Assembly: GCA_949358305.1 (NCBI GenBank)
Contig: OX442314.1
Location: 5,456,001-5,520,000, forward strand
Direction of reading: 5' to 3'
Length of the DNA stretch: 64,000 nucleotides
From: Strigamia acuminata
Taxonomy: Eukaryota
Below are positions 16,725 through 28,900 of this stretch, in pieces. Position 1 is the first letter of the stretch, and every line of letters starts with the position of its first letter. The translations under genes were made by a program, and so were the position numbers. Under the pieces are notes generated by a model. It was given only the letters and a program-made list of their open reading frames with translations, did no database searches and had not been told where the DNA came from.

Positions 16725-19700
16725 TTATAATTCCGTAGCGAGTGGAGCTTTTGCAGATTCTTCGTCGTCGTTAGCGGTTATTTCACGTACTGGGTTGACG
16801 GTTCGGTCGATGCCAACCACTGACGCTCGCGCTGGCGGCGGCTGGGCCACGAAATCGACGGTCAGACAACAGCGGAGCAAGCCGATGCCGAAAATGGCGC
16901 ACCATCCGGCCACACTGATCCAACAGCCGATCTAAACGCCAAATAAAATCAAATGAAACACATTTTACGAGGACTGAACGAAGCACTGGGTGCAGCCAAA
17001 GACCGACCGTCATCAAGACTGTCTTGACTCTGTCTGGACACAGACTGACCCCATGTTAATGTAATGACCAAGAGCAACACCACGCACAGCATGGCAGTGT
17101 TTCTGTCAGTTAGTAGACAAACCACACACCGGCCTTGTCCTGTGGCTTGATTATCGCCCTCATCCTGATCCTGATCCGATTCCACACGGGCTAGGTCTGC
17201 CGCGACGGCCACTACCTCGGTGGGCACAATATTCGCAGGGCGCCTAGCAGCACACGCAGCTGCCTGTTGGCCGTGGATAGTACCGCCAAAGCTTGGTGTC
17301 ATGAGCATCATCCGGAGGAGTACATCTGGGATATCGCTGGATATACCCCAAAATGCGGTAAGTATTGTTGCAGTACAAAAATTGAAAGACGTGGTACCAG
17401 AATATCTGTGAGAGGAGGCAGGTACAAATCCTGGATGGGCCCCCAATTGTGAGTGTTCGGACGGACAGCATGTGGTCAGGGGAGGGCCACGAAACACGTT
17501 CCTTGAACATGGCCTAACGAAGGACACATAGGTGCCGGTTTGGTGAGAGACTCGCCAAACCGTGAGGGGCGCCACTTAGGGAGATATGTTCAGATGCGAT
17601 CGTTCGCCTTGCTGGTCCGAAAATGGGCTCTTGTTACGTGACACACGACTTCCGGTTTTCCATCCACGGGCCCAAGTGCCTTATCCGGGGCCGCAGTTCC
17701 ACCTGGTTGCAGGGAGCTGTGATTCTGATTAGGCGCACGGGTTGTGCAGGGCAGTGACTTGCAGAGGGGCAACTGGTCATATACCGGTACCCGTGAAGGT
17801 TATGCTGAAAAGTACCACGCACAGAGCGATCCAGCGCCGGCAATAAATCTCTACAACTTTGTAATTGGAAATTTTGCTCTATCTCGACCAGTTAACGGGT
17901 TAGCAAATGAAAAGTGCATTGTTGAATGTCTGGCATAAAATTTGATTACACTATTAGATTCGCCATCCCTACTTTGGGGGCGCACATCTAGCGCGACACA
18001 ATGTACCGCGACAAGCCAGCTCAAAAAAATGGTTTTTTATCAAAAAACCAGTAAGGTTAGGTTCGCGGGAAGGTCAAAGGAGCTGCGCCCCCCCCCCCCC
18101 CCTTGTTAGCCCTTCTTAGGAATTAAACCTACTTTGCTATAGGCTAGTCTACTTGGTATTTTGAAAAAGCAAATACTTATTCTTGAAATTGACTGTAATG
18201 TCTTAAAAGAAACACACTGTGTACCCAGGATTTTGTTCAGAGCCTGTTTCGAGTGAAATTCGAGGGATCGGAAGACTTAATCCTTCCGCCATTTTGTCTC
18301 TAGTTACCAAGTTACGAAAAAGACGATTCTCATTCTCATCAGCCAACCCAAACATCGAAAGAACAGAACAATTCTCACCTCGGCCAGGACTAAATTTTCA
18401 TAGAATTTCCTCATGTTTTGATAATTCTCCCACGTGACATCCTGTAAACTCTGACAGCTACAGGAAACGGAGAGAAAACAAAACTTTTGATTAATAGTCT
18501 ATTAATCTATTCAAAACCTTATTTTTAGTATTTGCGTCACATCCACACACAAAATAGTTCAAAACAAACAAACATGACGTCATCGCTCACGTAAGGCACA
18601 ATGGCGGGAATCTACTCAAGGCCTTATAAAGCAATAGAGTTAGGGGGGGTGATAAATGCGAGAAAGAAGAGCCCAAACTGTCATTTAATCGCTTTAATTC
18701 GAAATATAAACGTTTAAAAAACCCGAATTTTTATAACCAAACCAGAATTTTGATTAAAAACAAACAAAATCTCACTATAAATCGGTTAAATCCAAATATT
18801 TTCAACTATTTCCGTTAAATCTCAACTATTCCCAACTATTGAACTCCCTCCCCCTCCCCAACTTTGTTTTGTCAGTTCGTCCTACCTGAGTTCGGTTTGA
18901 GCCGTTAATCCTTTACAAAACTCGGCCACCCCGTTGACCATCAGCGTGCTGACCACGGCTAAAACGATGGCGAAATTGCAGCTAAAAACCAGCGAAGGAC
19001 ACACCAATCTCCACGGTTTTCTCGGCGATAATTCCCTACATCAGAAAAGGACACATTAAACCCGTTGCCATGGCAACCGAACAACAAGACAATGGCGGAT
19101 TAATTTACTCGCGCTACATCTAATTAAATACAAATTAAAAATAAAAAAAACAACTGCAACTCGATACCAATTTGATAATGGCTATCTACGGAAACATCTG
19201 TTGCCATTAGAGGAAGCGAAATAAATCTAGAAATAAAAAAACAACGAAAATCAACAAAAATCAACAAAAATCAACTTACACAGACGAAAGTTGAGTAACT
19301 TCCTTTCCATGTTTTACCAAAACTTCCTTTTCAACTGCTTGTGGCGAATCAAAACTCCTAAAAACAAGAAAAACACAAAAAAACACGCCCTATTTTAAGA
19401 AACAAACATCTAGGCCAATCAAATTGAACAATTTTCAAATCCCAGCACAGTTGTGAACACCAATGACATCGTACCTGACATCACCGCCTCTACACAACTA
19501 TACTAGAAAGAGTGAATGTTTTGTTTTCGAGTATTACCATGTCGCTGGTCGCCCACCGTGGGGGCACACGGCGTAGAACCATCCGAAAACGAAGGAATAA
19601 ATGGCCGAGGCCACTAGACTGTATAAACAGAATGAACAACTGGTGTTTGAGCCCCATTTGGTGTGGCCTGGATCCTCGTTGACTCGGACACGGCCCTCTT

Positions 19701-19881
19701 GGAACGTGAGCGATAAATTGGCGTTGAGCACACAGTTGCCATGGAAAGTGCTTCGAACTCTCTCGAAGGGAATGCACGATATGATGCTGCCTAAAAACGC
19801 GACGAGGTGGAATAGGATTTGGGAATATTTCCACAAACGTGACACTTGCGACGACTCCCGTTCGAGCAACACGATGGGCAT
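16725..19881 (-). CDS. TMEM179-family (TMEM179B-like) four-TM protein
   Basis: Exons 19881-~19539, ~19035-18886, 18458-18379, 16931-16725 give FHGNCVL...WGSNTSCSF, PWRLVCPSL...GVAEFC, CQSLQDVTW...FYENL, W..IFGIGLLRCCLTVDF. Confidence 0.75.
16945..18060 (-). mobile_element. Degenerate GC-rich insertion with a decayed RING-like motif in the last TMEM179 intron
   Basis: Sharp GC shift; acidic stretch followed by GRCVVCLLTDRNTAML and HPVLRS (decayed CPVCRS?) in different frames; termini not resolved. Confidence 0.35.
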
Positions 19882-20119
19882 GTTGCGTCCTTGAGCGGAG
19901 TGTGCAGACGACAGTTCTCGCGCCTTATCGCTGCGCCACGAGAACGAAACGAGACTGGCGGAGAAAAGAGAGGAGATTGGTCTGAAAGAGATTTCTGTGC
20001 TTGGAAAATTCTTTTTTTGCACATGGATCTTTAGTTTTTTGATGAAATTTGTTTACGCTTTAGAAATAAGTTTTTGCACATAAACATATTCATTTAAAGT
20101 GAAATAAAAGCCTTTAAAA

Positions 20120-20670
20120 AATGCAGATTTATACTGCAAAAAGTGCACAATATACAGATTTATGCTGCAAAAAGTGCAAAATACGCAGATTTATACAGCA
20201 AAAAGTGCAAAATATGCAGATTTATACAGCATAAAGTGCAAAATATGCAGATTTATACAGCAAAAAATGCAAAATATGCAGATTTATACAGCAAAAAGTG
20301 CAAAATATGCAGATTTATACTGCAAAAAGCGCAAAATATGCAGATTTATATGACAAAAGTGCAAAATATGCCGATTTATACTGCACAAAGCACAAAATAT
20401 GCAGATATACTGCAAAAATTGCAAAAATGCAATTTATCCTGCTAAAATTGCAAAAATGCAATTTATACTGCTAAAATTGCAAAAATGCAATTTATACTGC
20501 TAAAATTGCAAAAAATGCAGATTGAAAGTATAAAAACTGCAAAATATGTAGATTTATACAATAAAAAATACAATAACCGCAGATTTATACAGCAAAAAGT
20601 GCAAAAAATGCAGATTTATACTGTAAAAAGTGCAAAAAATGAAGATTTAAACAGCAAAAACGCTGCAAAA
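20120..20670. repeat. 31-bp minisatellite (GATTTATACAGCAAAAAGTGCAAAATATGCA)n in the probable 5'UTR intron of the TMEM179 gene
   Basis: GATTTATACAG recurs at 20188, 20219, 20250. Confidence 0.9.
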
Positions 20671-21010
20671 TGAAAATTTAACAAAAATCAGTTACAAACA
20701 ACGTTTAAGACTTACAACTTTTACCTGAATCTTCCAGAGTTGTTTCTTCTACCAGCTAACACAAATCCAACAACACTTCAGTATATTCCGAACCAATCTT
20801 CGCCGCCCCCATTTTCTTTTGCATTTGACAAACCCAAAACCCAAAAAAAAACCACGATTGGTGGCACCGACAAAACCACTTCCCTAACTCCATTCAAAAT
20901 ATTTTATTTACATAATAATCAAAGAGCAATTAACACAAAATTCCACTCAATAAATATGACAAACAAAATAAAGAAATCATCCTCTAATTTAATATATTTA
21001 CACTCATTCG

Positions 21011-21787
21011 TTATTCGGCGCACCCCAGAATTACAATCTTAACCCCGGTCGCACCCGTCCGCGCATAAAACTCGTATCTACGATCGGTCTCCGGAACCCA
21101 GATTTCCGTTTCCGGCTCCTCGCCAATCTCCATCTCATTCACCCACGTCTGAGAATTCACCTCGCCATCGCTATCGTTATCGTCGCTATCGTTATCCTCG
21201 TCATCAGACCCAAAATAAGGCCCCGGATCAACCTCCGAGTGCACCTCCGATCTCTCGTCGTCGTCGCTGCTCTCGCTGCTCAAACTCCGCGGAAACTCGT
21301 TCATCGTTTTCGAATTCTGCACCAATTTCTCGTCCGATTTCATCTCCTCGATCTGCGGTGGAAATCGGCGCGACTCGTATATCCGCACGGGTTTATCGAA
21401 CGCGAATTTCTCCTCGTTGATCGCAAACAGTTTCGTCGATTTTTCCGCCATCTTGTCTTGCTTCAGTTTCAGTTTCGGCGAGTGCAAAATCCGCTTTGCT
21501 TTCTGTTTCGACGACCCGAAAATGTCGTCGTCGGCGTCGCTGTCCGTGATGCACACAACTTCCGGCGGAAACAGTCTCGTCGGCGCGGTTTCTTCACTTT
21601 GGTTTGGCAGTGTTGGTGGACTATTGTTATCAAAATTTATGACGTCAATGTCGCTGTCGCCGTCCGAGTCATCGCTACTAAAAAAGTCCGTTCTCTTCTT
21701 TTTCAACGTCACGAATGTGTCCATTAGTGTTTGTCGCTTTATGCCAGCTGTTGCGACCATTTCCTTCGCTTTTTGCTGCATCGCCAC

Positions 21788-21822
<35 letters not shown>

Positions 21823-24800
21823 ATTTAAATAAATAATAATAATAAATATTTGTTGACGTGGGTTTAAATTAATTAATTTTGTAGTAATTACATCGTAATC
21901 AGAAATGACACAATCAGTCGTAAATTAACTTAAATCCAATGTAATTAATCATATTTATAATGTAATTCGGTTGAATTAGATCAAATTAACACATTTTTCT
22001 TGATTTGTTGGAAATTAACACAAATGAACACATAATTCGTCGCAATCAACATAAATTTTGTGATAAATCTCGTTATTACAGTGTAATACCCTGTTCACAC
22101 TTAAACCCCCATTCTGTCATGTGACTGATCGTAGGAAAATCCAAAATCCAAAATATAAAATGGATGCTAATTCACTACTTTTGGCATCAAAATAAAGTAC
22201 TTTTAAAAGCATGTAAAAATTAATAAAACACATCAAAATGCAGAGAAAAAAACAAGCTTTCTTTTAACCCTAATGGTTCATGAAATACGAACGAAAATGC
22301 GTTTCGGTCGTACAGATAGAGTGGAAACAAGATCACGCACTTTACGAAACTGGCATCCCTCTTTCTTTTAAAACAAAGTTTCTATCTTTTATGGATCATT
22401 AGCTACAAGTAGAAAAACAACCCCTACCTTTCAGTATTTCTTTCTAGCCCTAATCAAACAATCTACCAGCATTGTTGCGTTATTGCATTATTGTGTCACT
22501 GATTTCTACAAAACTAATAAATAAGTGTGAACAGTCTAATCACACTTGTAGAAATTAGACTTTCTAAAAGTCACAACTTCTACATAAGTGGTTCAAGTGT
22601 GAATATCAAGAAAACTCAAATTTCAGGCCTAAATTCCAACATAATTATTCATGCAGGCTCTTTAAGCAATTTTAAGCACCAACTGACGTATCAAATCACC
22701 TGGTTTTCGAACATCCAGACAATTGTTGCACTCCCATTCTCGTTTGATCCAGTTGATGTTCCCGCACTTCACATGGCAACCTTGTGACCCGCACGATTTG
22801 CACAAAATGATTTCCCACCGACTGTAAATACGTATTTAAAACTTAAAATTTAAAAAATTTGAAAAATAAATTAAATTTAACTAAAACTCCACCTTCCATC
22901 TTCATTAAATTCGCTCCCATTGGGACATGAGCACTCGACGTCGCAGTTGTTGTGCCTATACAACAAATCTTGAAACGCTCCAGTCTCCATTTCCCAAGAG
23001 GCATCCCTGGAATTGCAAAAAAAAAATTATTAAAATTTAAAAATAAATAAAATAAAATATGAAAATTTTTAATAGGGATTATAACCACTAGTTCACACCA
23101 ACTTTGAAACACAGACGGAATTTTTTTAAGAAAAAATCGAATTTTTTAAAAAAAAAATCGAAATTTTTAAGAAAAAATCGAATTTTTTAAGAAAAAATCG
23201 AATTTTTTAAGAAAAAATCGATTTTTTTTTAGAAAATATTGATTTTTTTTGAAACCCTATAAATACAATTAACACGCAAATGCGTAGGAAAACGTTGGCA
23301 CCACCTAGTGTCCAAAGTTGACGTTAACTAGAAATTATAATTCCTATTAAATATTTAATTTTTTTAAAAATTATTTTACTGTTCAGGGATGTAAATTCCG
23401 TGAATGAGCATTTCTTTTTGGAAGTCTTTGTTGTTGTTGCATAGAGGGCACCGGAAGAAGTATCCGGCGTTGACGGCTAGCTGCTGTAGACATTGGCGAT
23501 GAAACCAAGCGTTTTTACAGCAGGGGGCACGAAGGGTTGTGTGTTTACATAAATTCTCGATGGGGAATAAACAGATGGCACACACGTCGTTTTTGGCTGC
23601 GAGGAAGATCCGTTGGTCCTGGAGTGTCACTCTTTGAACGGGTTTATGATTTTCACAGTAGGAACTAGAGAATTTAAAACAAAAAAGGTATTTTTATGCC
23701 CAAAAAAGTATTTTTATGCCCAAAAAAGTATTTTTATGCCCAAAAAAGCATTTTTATGCCCAAAAAAAGCATTTTAGTGGCTAAAAAAGCATTTGTGGCT
23801 AAAAAAGCATTTTAGTGGCTAAAAAAGCATTTTAGTGGCTAAAAAAGCATTTTAGTGGCTAAAAAAGCATTTTAGTGGCTAAAAAAGCATTTTTGTGGCT
23901 AAAAAAGCATTTTTGTGGCTAAAAAGCATTTTTGTGGCTAAAAAAGCATTTTTGTGGCTAAAAAAGCATTTTTGTGGCTAAAAAAGCATTTTTGTGGCTA
24001 AAAAAGCATTTTTGTGGCTAAAAAAGCATTTTTGTGGCTAAAAAAGCATTTTTGTGACTAAAAAAGCATTTTTGTGGCTAAAAAGCATTTTATGCCTAAA
24101 AAAAGCATTTTTCCCACATTTTTATGTCAGATAAGGCGTTTTCCGTGCATTTTTATGCAATTTTCTAAAACAAAGCCAATGTTTTTACATATAAATGCAC
24201 TTTTATGCCAGAAAAAACACAATTTCCTCGACGTAATGCATTATTATGCTAGAAAAAATATTTTCCGTGTCTTAAAATACATTTTTTTAACATAACAACT
24301 TGTCTGAAGGCTAAAAAGGCGTAAAAAACCTACGGAAATTTATCAGTAAACTGATGCAAACTTCTTTCGACAACGGCGCACGGAAGATGAAATTTCTTCT
24401 GACACCTTTTTTCCGCACAACCAATCGTAGCGCCGTTATGCTTACAATAACAACATCTCTAAAAAAAAAGAAAAACATTAATTAAAAATTAAATTTTCCC
24501 ATTTTTAATAATCTTACCAATTTCTGTCCTCTTCGAATCTCGCACTGAATATCCTTCAACAAAAAGCCCAAAATTCCTTCGTCGTCGTCACCATTTTGCG
24601 ACAAACCGCTGGACAGCAACTGCCAAACAATGCCAATTAATTTATGCGCGCATAAATTATCGTAATCAACCAATACTAACCATACAGAAGTAATGAACGT
24701 TAATGTTGCCCTTAGATTGGAATTTACCCAGATTTAATTCGTCCACATTGCGGGTCAGACAAAACGCGCAGGCGTCTAGCGATAAAATAAAGAATTAATT

Positions 24801-24886
24801 CAAAATTTTCAAATTATCAGTTGGTAATATTCGCTTTGTTTACTTTCCGCTTTGGCATCCGGCTTTGACTTGCTGGTACTTGTCAT
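21011..24886 (-). CDS. G2E3/PHF7/pineapple-eye-like PHD/RING protein without HECT domain; acidic low-complexity C-terminus
   Basis: CAFC...VHYFCM, LLSSGLSQNGDDDEGILGFLLKDIQCEIRRGQKL, GATIGC, CAICL...APCCKNAWFHRQCLQQLAVNAGYFFRCPLCNN...GIYIPEQ; last exon ORF 21011-21787. Confidence 0.85.
23690..24110. repeat. 20/21-bp minisatellite (AAAAAAGCATTTTTGTGGCT)n in the G2E3-like intron
   Basis: Direct tandem units. Confidence 0.95.
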
Positions 24887-25294
24887 GTTGTTGCGTGGAC
24901 GTCAAATACGATGACTAAAACTTTCATTTGATGTCGGTGAGTGTGGCGGGTCCGGAAAATCGGAGTTACGGCAACCGAATTCGGTCGATCCGCTCGGATT
25001 TTATTCGCCAACTCCACTTAACGGTCTCTTCAAAACGACGCCTATTGTACACGGCGGTGGCGCTGTCTGCTGTGGAATTTGTGCAGCGCGGTTGTAAATA
25101 AGATGATAATTTGAAATAGATGGTTTAATTATTTAGGATATTAAATTTGATGTGTAAAATAAGAATTATTTTTTAAATATAAATATTATTTTGGGTTTTT
25201 AAGAAGAATTAACATTGGATGGTTAAAAATTGTCATAGTTATGACGTCATAAAATGTCAAGTTTATGCTTGTGGCTGGATTTGTTTGGTTAAAG

Positions 25295-25677
25295 ATGGCC
25301 GCGCTCTCTCCGTTCGCGAAATCTGTTTTTACGTCCGTTTCTTCGCTGCTCAGGTAAATTACTCGATTGTTTTGATGTTTTTTTTGTGGTTTAATGTTTA
25401 TTGTATTTGCAGACCTGTGTGCGGGATTCAACAGACTGCATTAGGACTAAAAAATGTAAGCACGATGTCTTCGGCGGCGTTTGGTTTGGGTTTATTTCGG
25501 ACGTGTTTTCTACCGATGCATCAGTCGGTTCGTACGACCGTGCGAAACCACTTCCCGAAACCGAGCGAATACAAACGAGTCAGTCGACACGGCTATAAGA
25601 AGCGAATGTCGACTATTTCTGGACAGAAAATTATCATGAGGCGAATTTTGAAAGGAAGATTTGTTCTCTCTCACTAA
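25295..25677 (+). CDS. MRPL34: Mitochondrial ribosomal protein bL34m (exons 25295-25353, 25413-25677)
   Basis: N-terminal presequence-like region, then PKPSEYKRVSRHGYKKRMSTISGQKIIMRRILKGRFVLSH, the L34 signature. Confidence 0.92.
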
Positions 25678-25929
25678 AAATGTGACAACAATAAGCTTAA
25701 AATAGAAAGATTTCCTTTATTTCATTAAAAGATTGAAAAAAATGTGAAATATTATTTCAAGAAAATGTGAATAAATGTAATTATGTTATGAAACATTGCA
25801 TATTCACTATAAATGATTTTTTAACACATGCTGCATTTTTCAAGTACAAAAAATCTCTTTTTTAGTGCCAAAGATGCATTTTAAGGTGCGAAATGCACTT
25901 CTTTTGTGCAAAAATCGACTTTTGAGCAT

Positions 25930-28900
25930 TTACGGTCCGTCAGATCCCACTGACAGTACGGGCTCCTCGTTTGCATTGTATTTAGTTCTCTGCTGATACC
26001 AATTGTAACTGTTTATGATCCAAAGGTAGAAAGACAGTAAGGACATTCCCAAGCCTAGTCCTACGATGCTGCCTACATCGCTTATAAATTGAGATGTCGG
26101 GTATTTTTCTTTCTCGACTATCGTCTCTACGAAACTATCCACCACGACGAGTTGTAAAATTGTCATATGATTCAATGGCATTGCTCTTGCAACCATCATG
26201 GTAGTGTGATAAAAAATATTTTCACAAGCTTGTTTACATTTGCATTGTTTTTGATTAATTTTATAATTGTTTAAGTATGTGAGATGGGCGCCTTCAACGT
26301 CTTTTACAGTGTTGCAAGGTGGTAAGTTAGATGTTGACATGTACGGTAATCTGAAACAAGAAAGTTTGGTTAAAACCAAAATTCAGCCAGTTTAAAACGG
26401 GGAATATTATTGACACCCCCCAAATGTACTGTATTTAAAGGTCATGGGAAGAGAAAAATAAAAATTGACAAGAAGATTACTTATGTCTTTATTAGACCAA
26501 ACCGTTGTTCGTGATGGATCAATTGTTTCCAGATTATTATATCGTTTGTTTAAACTTTGAAAAATTATTAAACGTCCTCCATTTTTAGTTTACGAAAGTT
26601 TAAAAAATTTGCCATTGGTGGCGCTTTTTATGACGTTATCGATGACAAACGAACAGCTTTTTAGCATGGGCTTGGCTTCATTTAACCACAGTGCATTTAA
26701 GAGTTCTGAAAATTTTTTTCCATTAATTTGACAGTACTCTTAGGTTATTGGCTTTTAATATTCAGTAAATTATTATTTACTATTTGGTGCATGCGTATAT
26801 GTTCAAAATAACTTGTCACGGTTAATTTTGGATGTACTAATTAATTATAACAAACATCGCACAAAAGCTAATTTGGCGCAATGAGTTTGGGCAAAGTTTG
26901 TAGATTCCTCTAAACAATTGTCTCCTTCAAATGTGGACATCCGGGGACTCAAAGAATCTAAACTCGTGGTGACTAAACATTATTTATATTAGACAGTCTT
27001 CTTACTTACAGGTGGGTGTTGTAGATGTAAAATAATGAAGATGCGCAATGATATTGACCTCAGGGGGGGGGGAGGGCGAGGGATATCAACGAGGAGTGAA
27101 ATATAAAATATGTCGGCATGAAAGTAGCGCAATAGGGTTATTAGTATGAGAGAGCATTTTTAAGGGCGCAAATAATAAGTGACATTCTCCTAATGTTAAC
27201 TAAGGGAGGTGGTTCCTATCAGAAGACAAGAAGAGAAGTGATTTTAGTTGGTCTGAATAAAAACAAGTAAACTTAGTCATGTAACTGGTCAACTTAAGAT
27301 GGGTGAAGGGATGAAAGGTATAAATAAAGATCCGATTGTTGGAAATAATCGTATTCGCAACATCTTGCTTGCGCATCAATTAACAGAAGATGAATCATCA
27401 GATAAGAAAGAATGAAATCAGAAAATAATATAAGAAAATAGGATGGAATAGTCTAAGTTAAATCAAATGAAAAAAGAGGGTGGGTAGCCTGCCCGTGATA
27501 AACTAATAAAAAATTTTCATAGCTCTTAACGAAGCTAAGCCCATGGATCGTTTGTCGTCGATGACGTCATAAATAGCGCTACCAACGGCAAATTTTTTAA
27601 ACTCTCATAAACTAAAAATGGAGGACGTTTAATAATTTTTCAAAGTTTAAACAAACAATATAGAATTCATTTAAAACAACTGCCCTACCTGCAATTTATC
27701 ATTCGTAGTAAATTATTTTGCTTGCAAGCATTTCTACACTTGGAATAAGCACTTTTGTTTATTTCACATGGATTACGCTTTGTATTTCTTCGTGTTGTCT
27801 ATTGCACGAAAATAAAATAACACCGGATCAGAATAAGCCAATCAGATTACTTGCATAATTTTTGTTTACCTTAAATATTCTAATCATTGCTGTATTTCCC
27901 AAACCGTAGTGTAAATTGAGTGGCGCCAAAATGTTATCTTCCTCTGCTGCTGGATTACTTAGATAAACCTGTAAAGTGATATTCATTGTCCAAGCTGTCT
28001 AAACCAAACAATTTGTTTTGCTAGGGTCATGCTAGCAGTAACAGTAATGCTTAGTAATAGTCTCATCATCATCAATAAAATTTGAAATTGTTTTCTTTAC
28101 CCATAGATGTTGGTCACATCCTTCTGGTGGAAAAAGAGATTGAAGTAGAATTATAATACTGGGTTTTAGGAGATGTGTTTTATCTGGAAAATTGAAGAGA
28201 GGTGGAATTAATATGGAAAATACCAGAAGTATGTGGGTCAAGATAGTTTTTATTATAGTTAGTCTTGGGAAAACATGTTAGATTACTTTCTGCTTTAGGA
28301 GAAGCCAAATATCATCAAAAACATGTGTTAATTACCTATTACTATTCGAGTGCAATGACCAAAAGGCAGTGGAATAATATGTTTTGTTGCATTTAGTGGT
28401 ATATCAAATCCTTTCACAACCTACAAATACAAAAGAAATTTCTGTCATTGTCACTATCATTAGGCTTTATGGTCACTGGTATTACTTTATTATTTATGTT
28501 GCTCCTGAGATTAATCTTTTCATGGATGTTGCGTGTCTTCCATATTTCTTCCAAAGACAATTTATTACTGAACAATTTCCAGGGTGACATGTCACTGCTG
28601 CAGCTTTTGTTGTCACGTTTAAGCAAATGTAATCTGGCTTCTTTCATGCCATCATTTTTCGTTTCCCCGCAGATTGTTGCAGAAGGAAATTCGGTATACT
28701 GCCGTTGAACTATTGTAATGACTGTCGTTACTGGTTCATCAATGTAGTAGTTGAAGCGAATGTGCAAGCAATATAAAGTAAATCCTGCACTAACTAATAC
28801 TGGTATTAACTTAATCTTTTCTAAGACTCCGTTTGTTTTTGTTTTTGTTTCCTCACGCGTCACCTTCTTCTTGCACGCTTTGAAGAGACGGTGAATCTTA

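Noticed and set aside
22087..22540. Possible MITE with CTGTTCACACTTA inverted ends in the G2E3-like intron
   Set aside because: Only a 13-bp match, with ambiguous ends and TSD.
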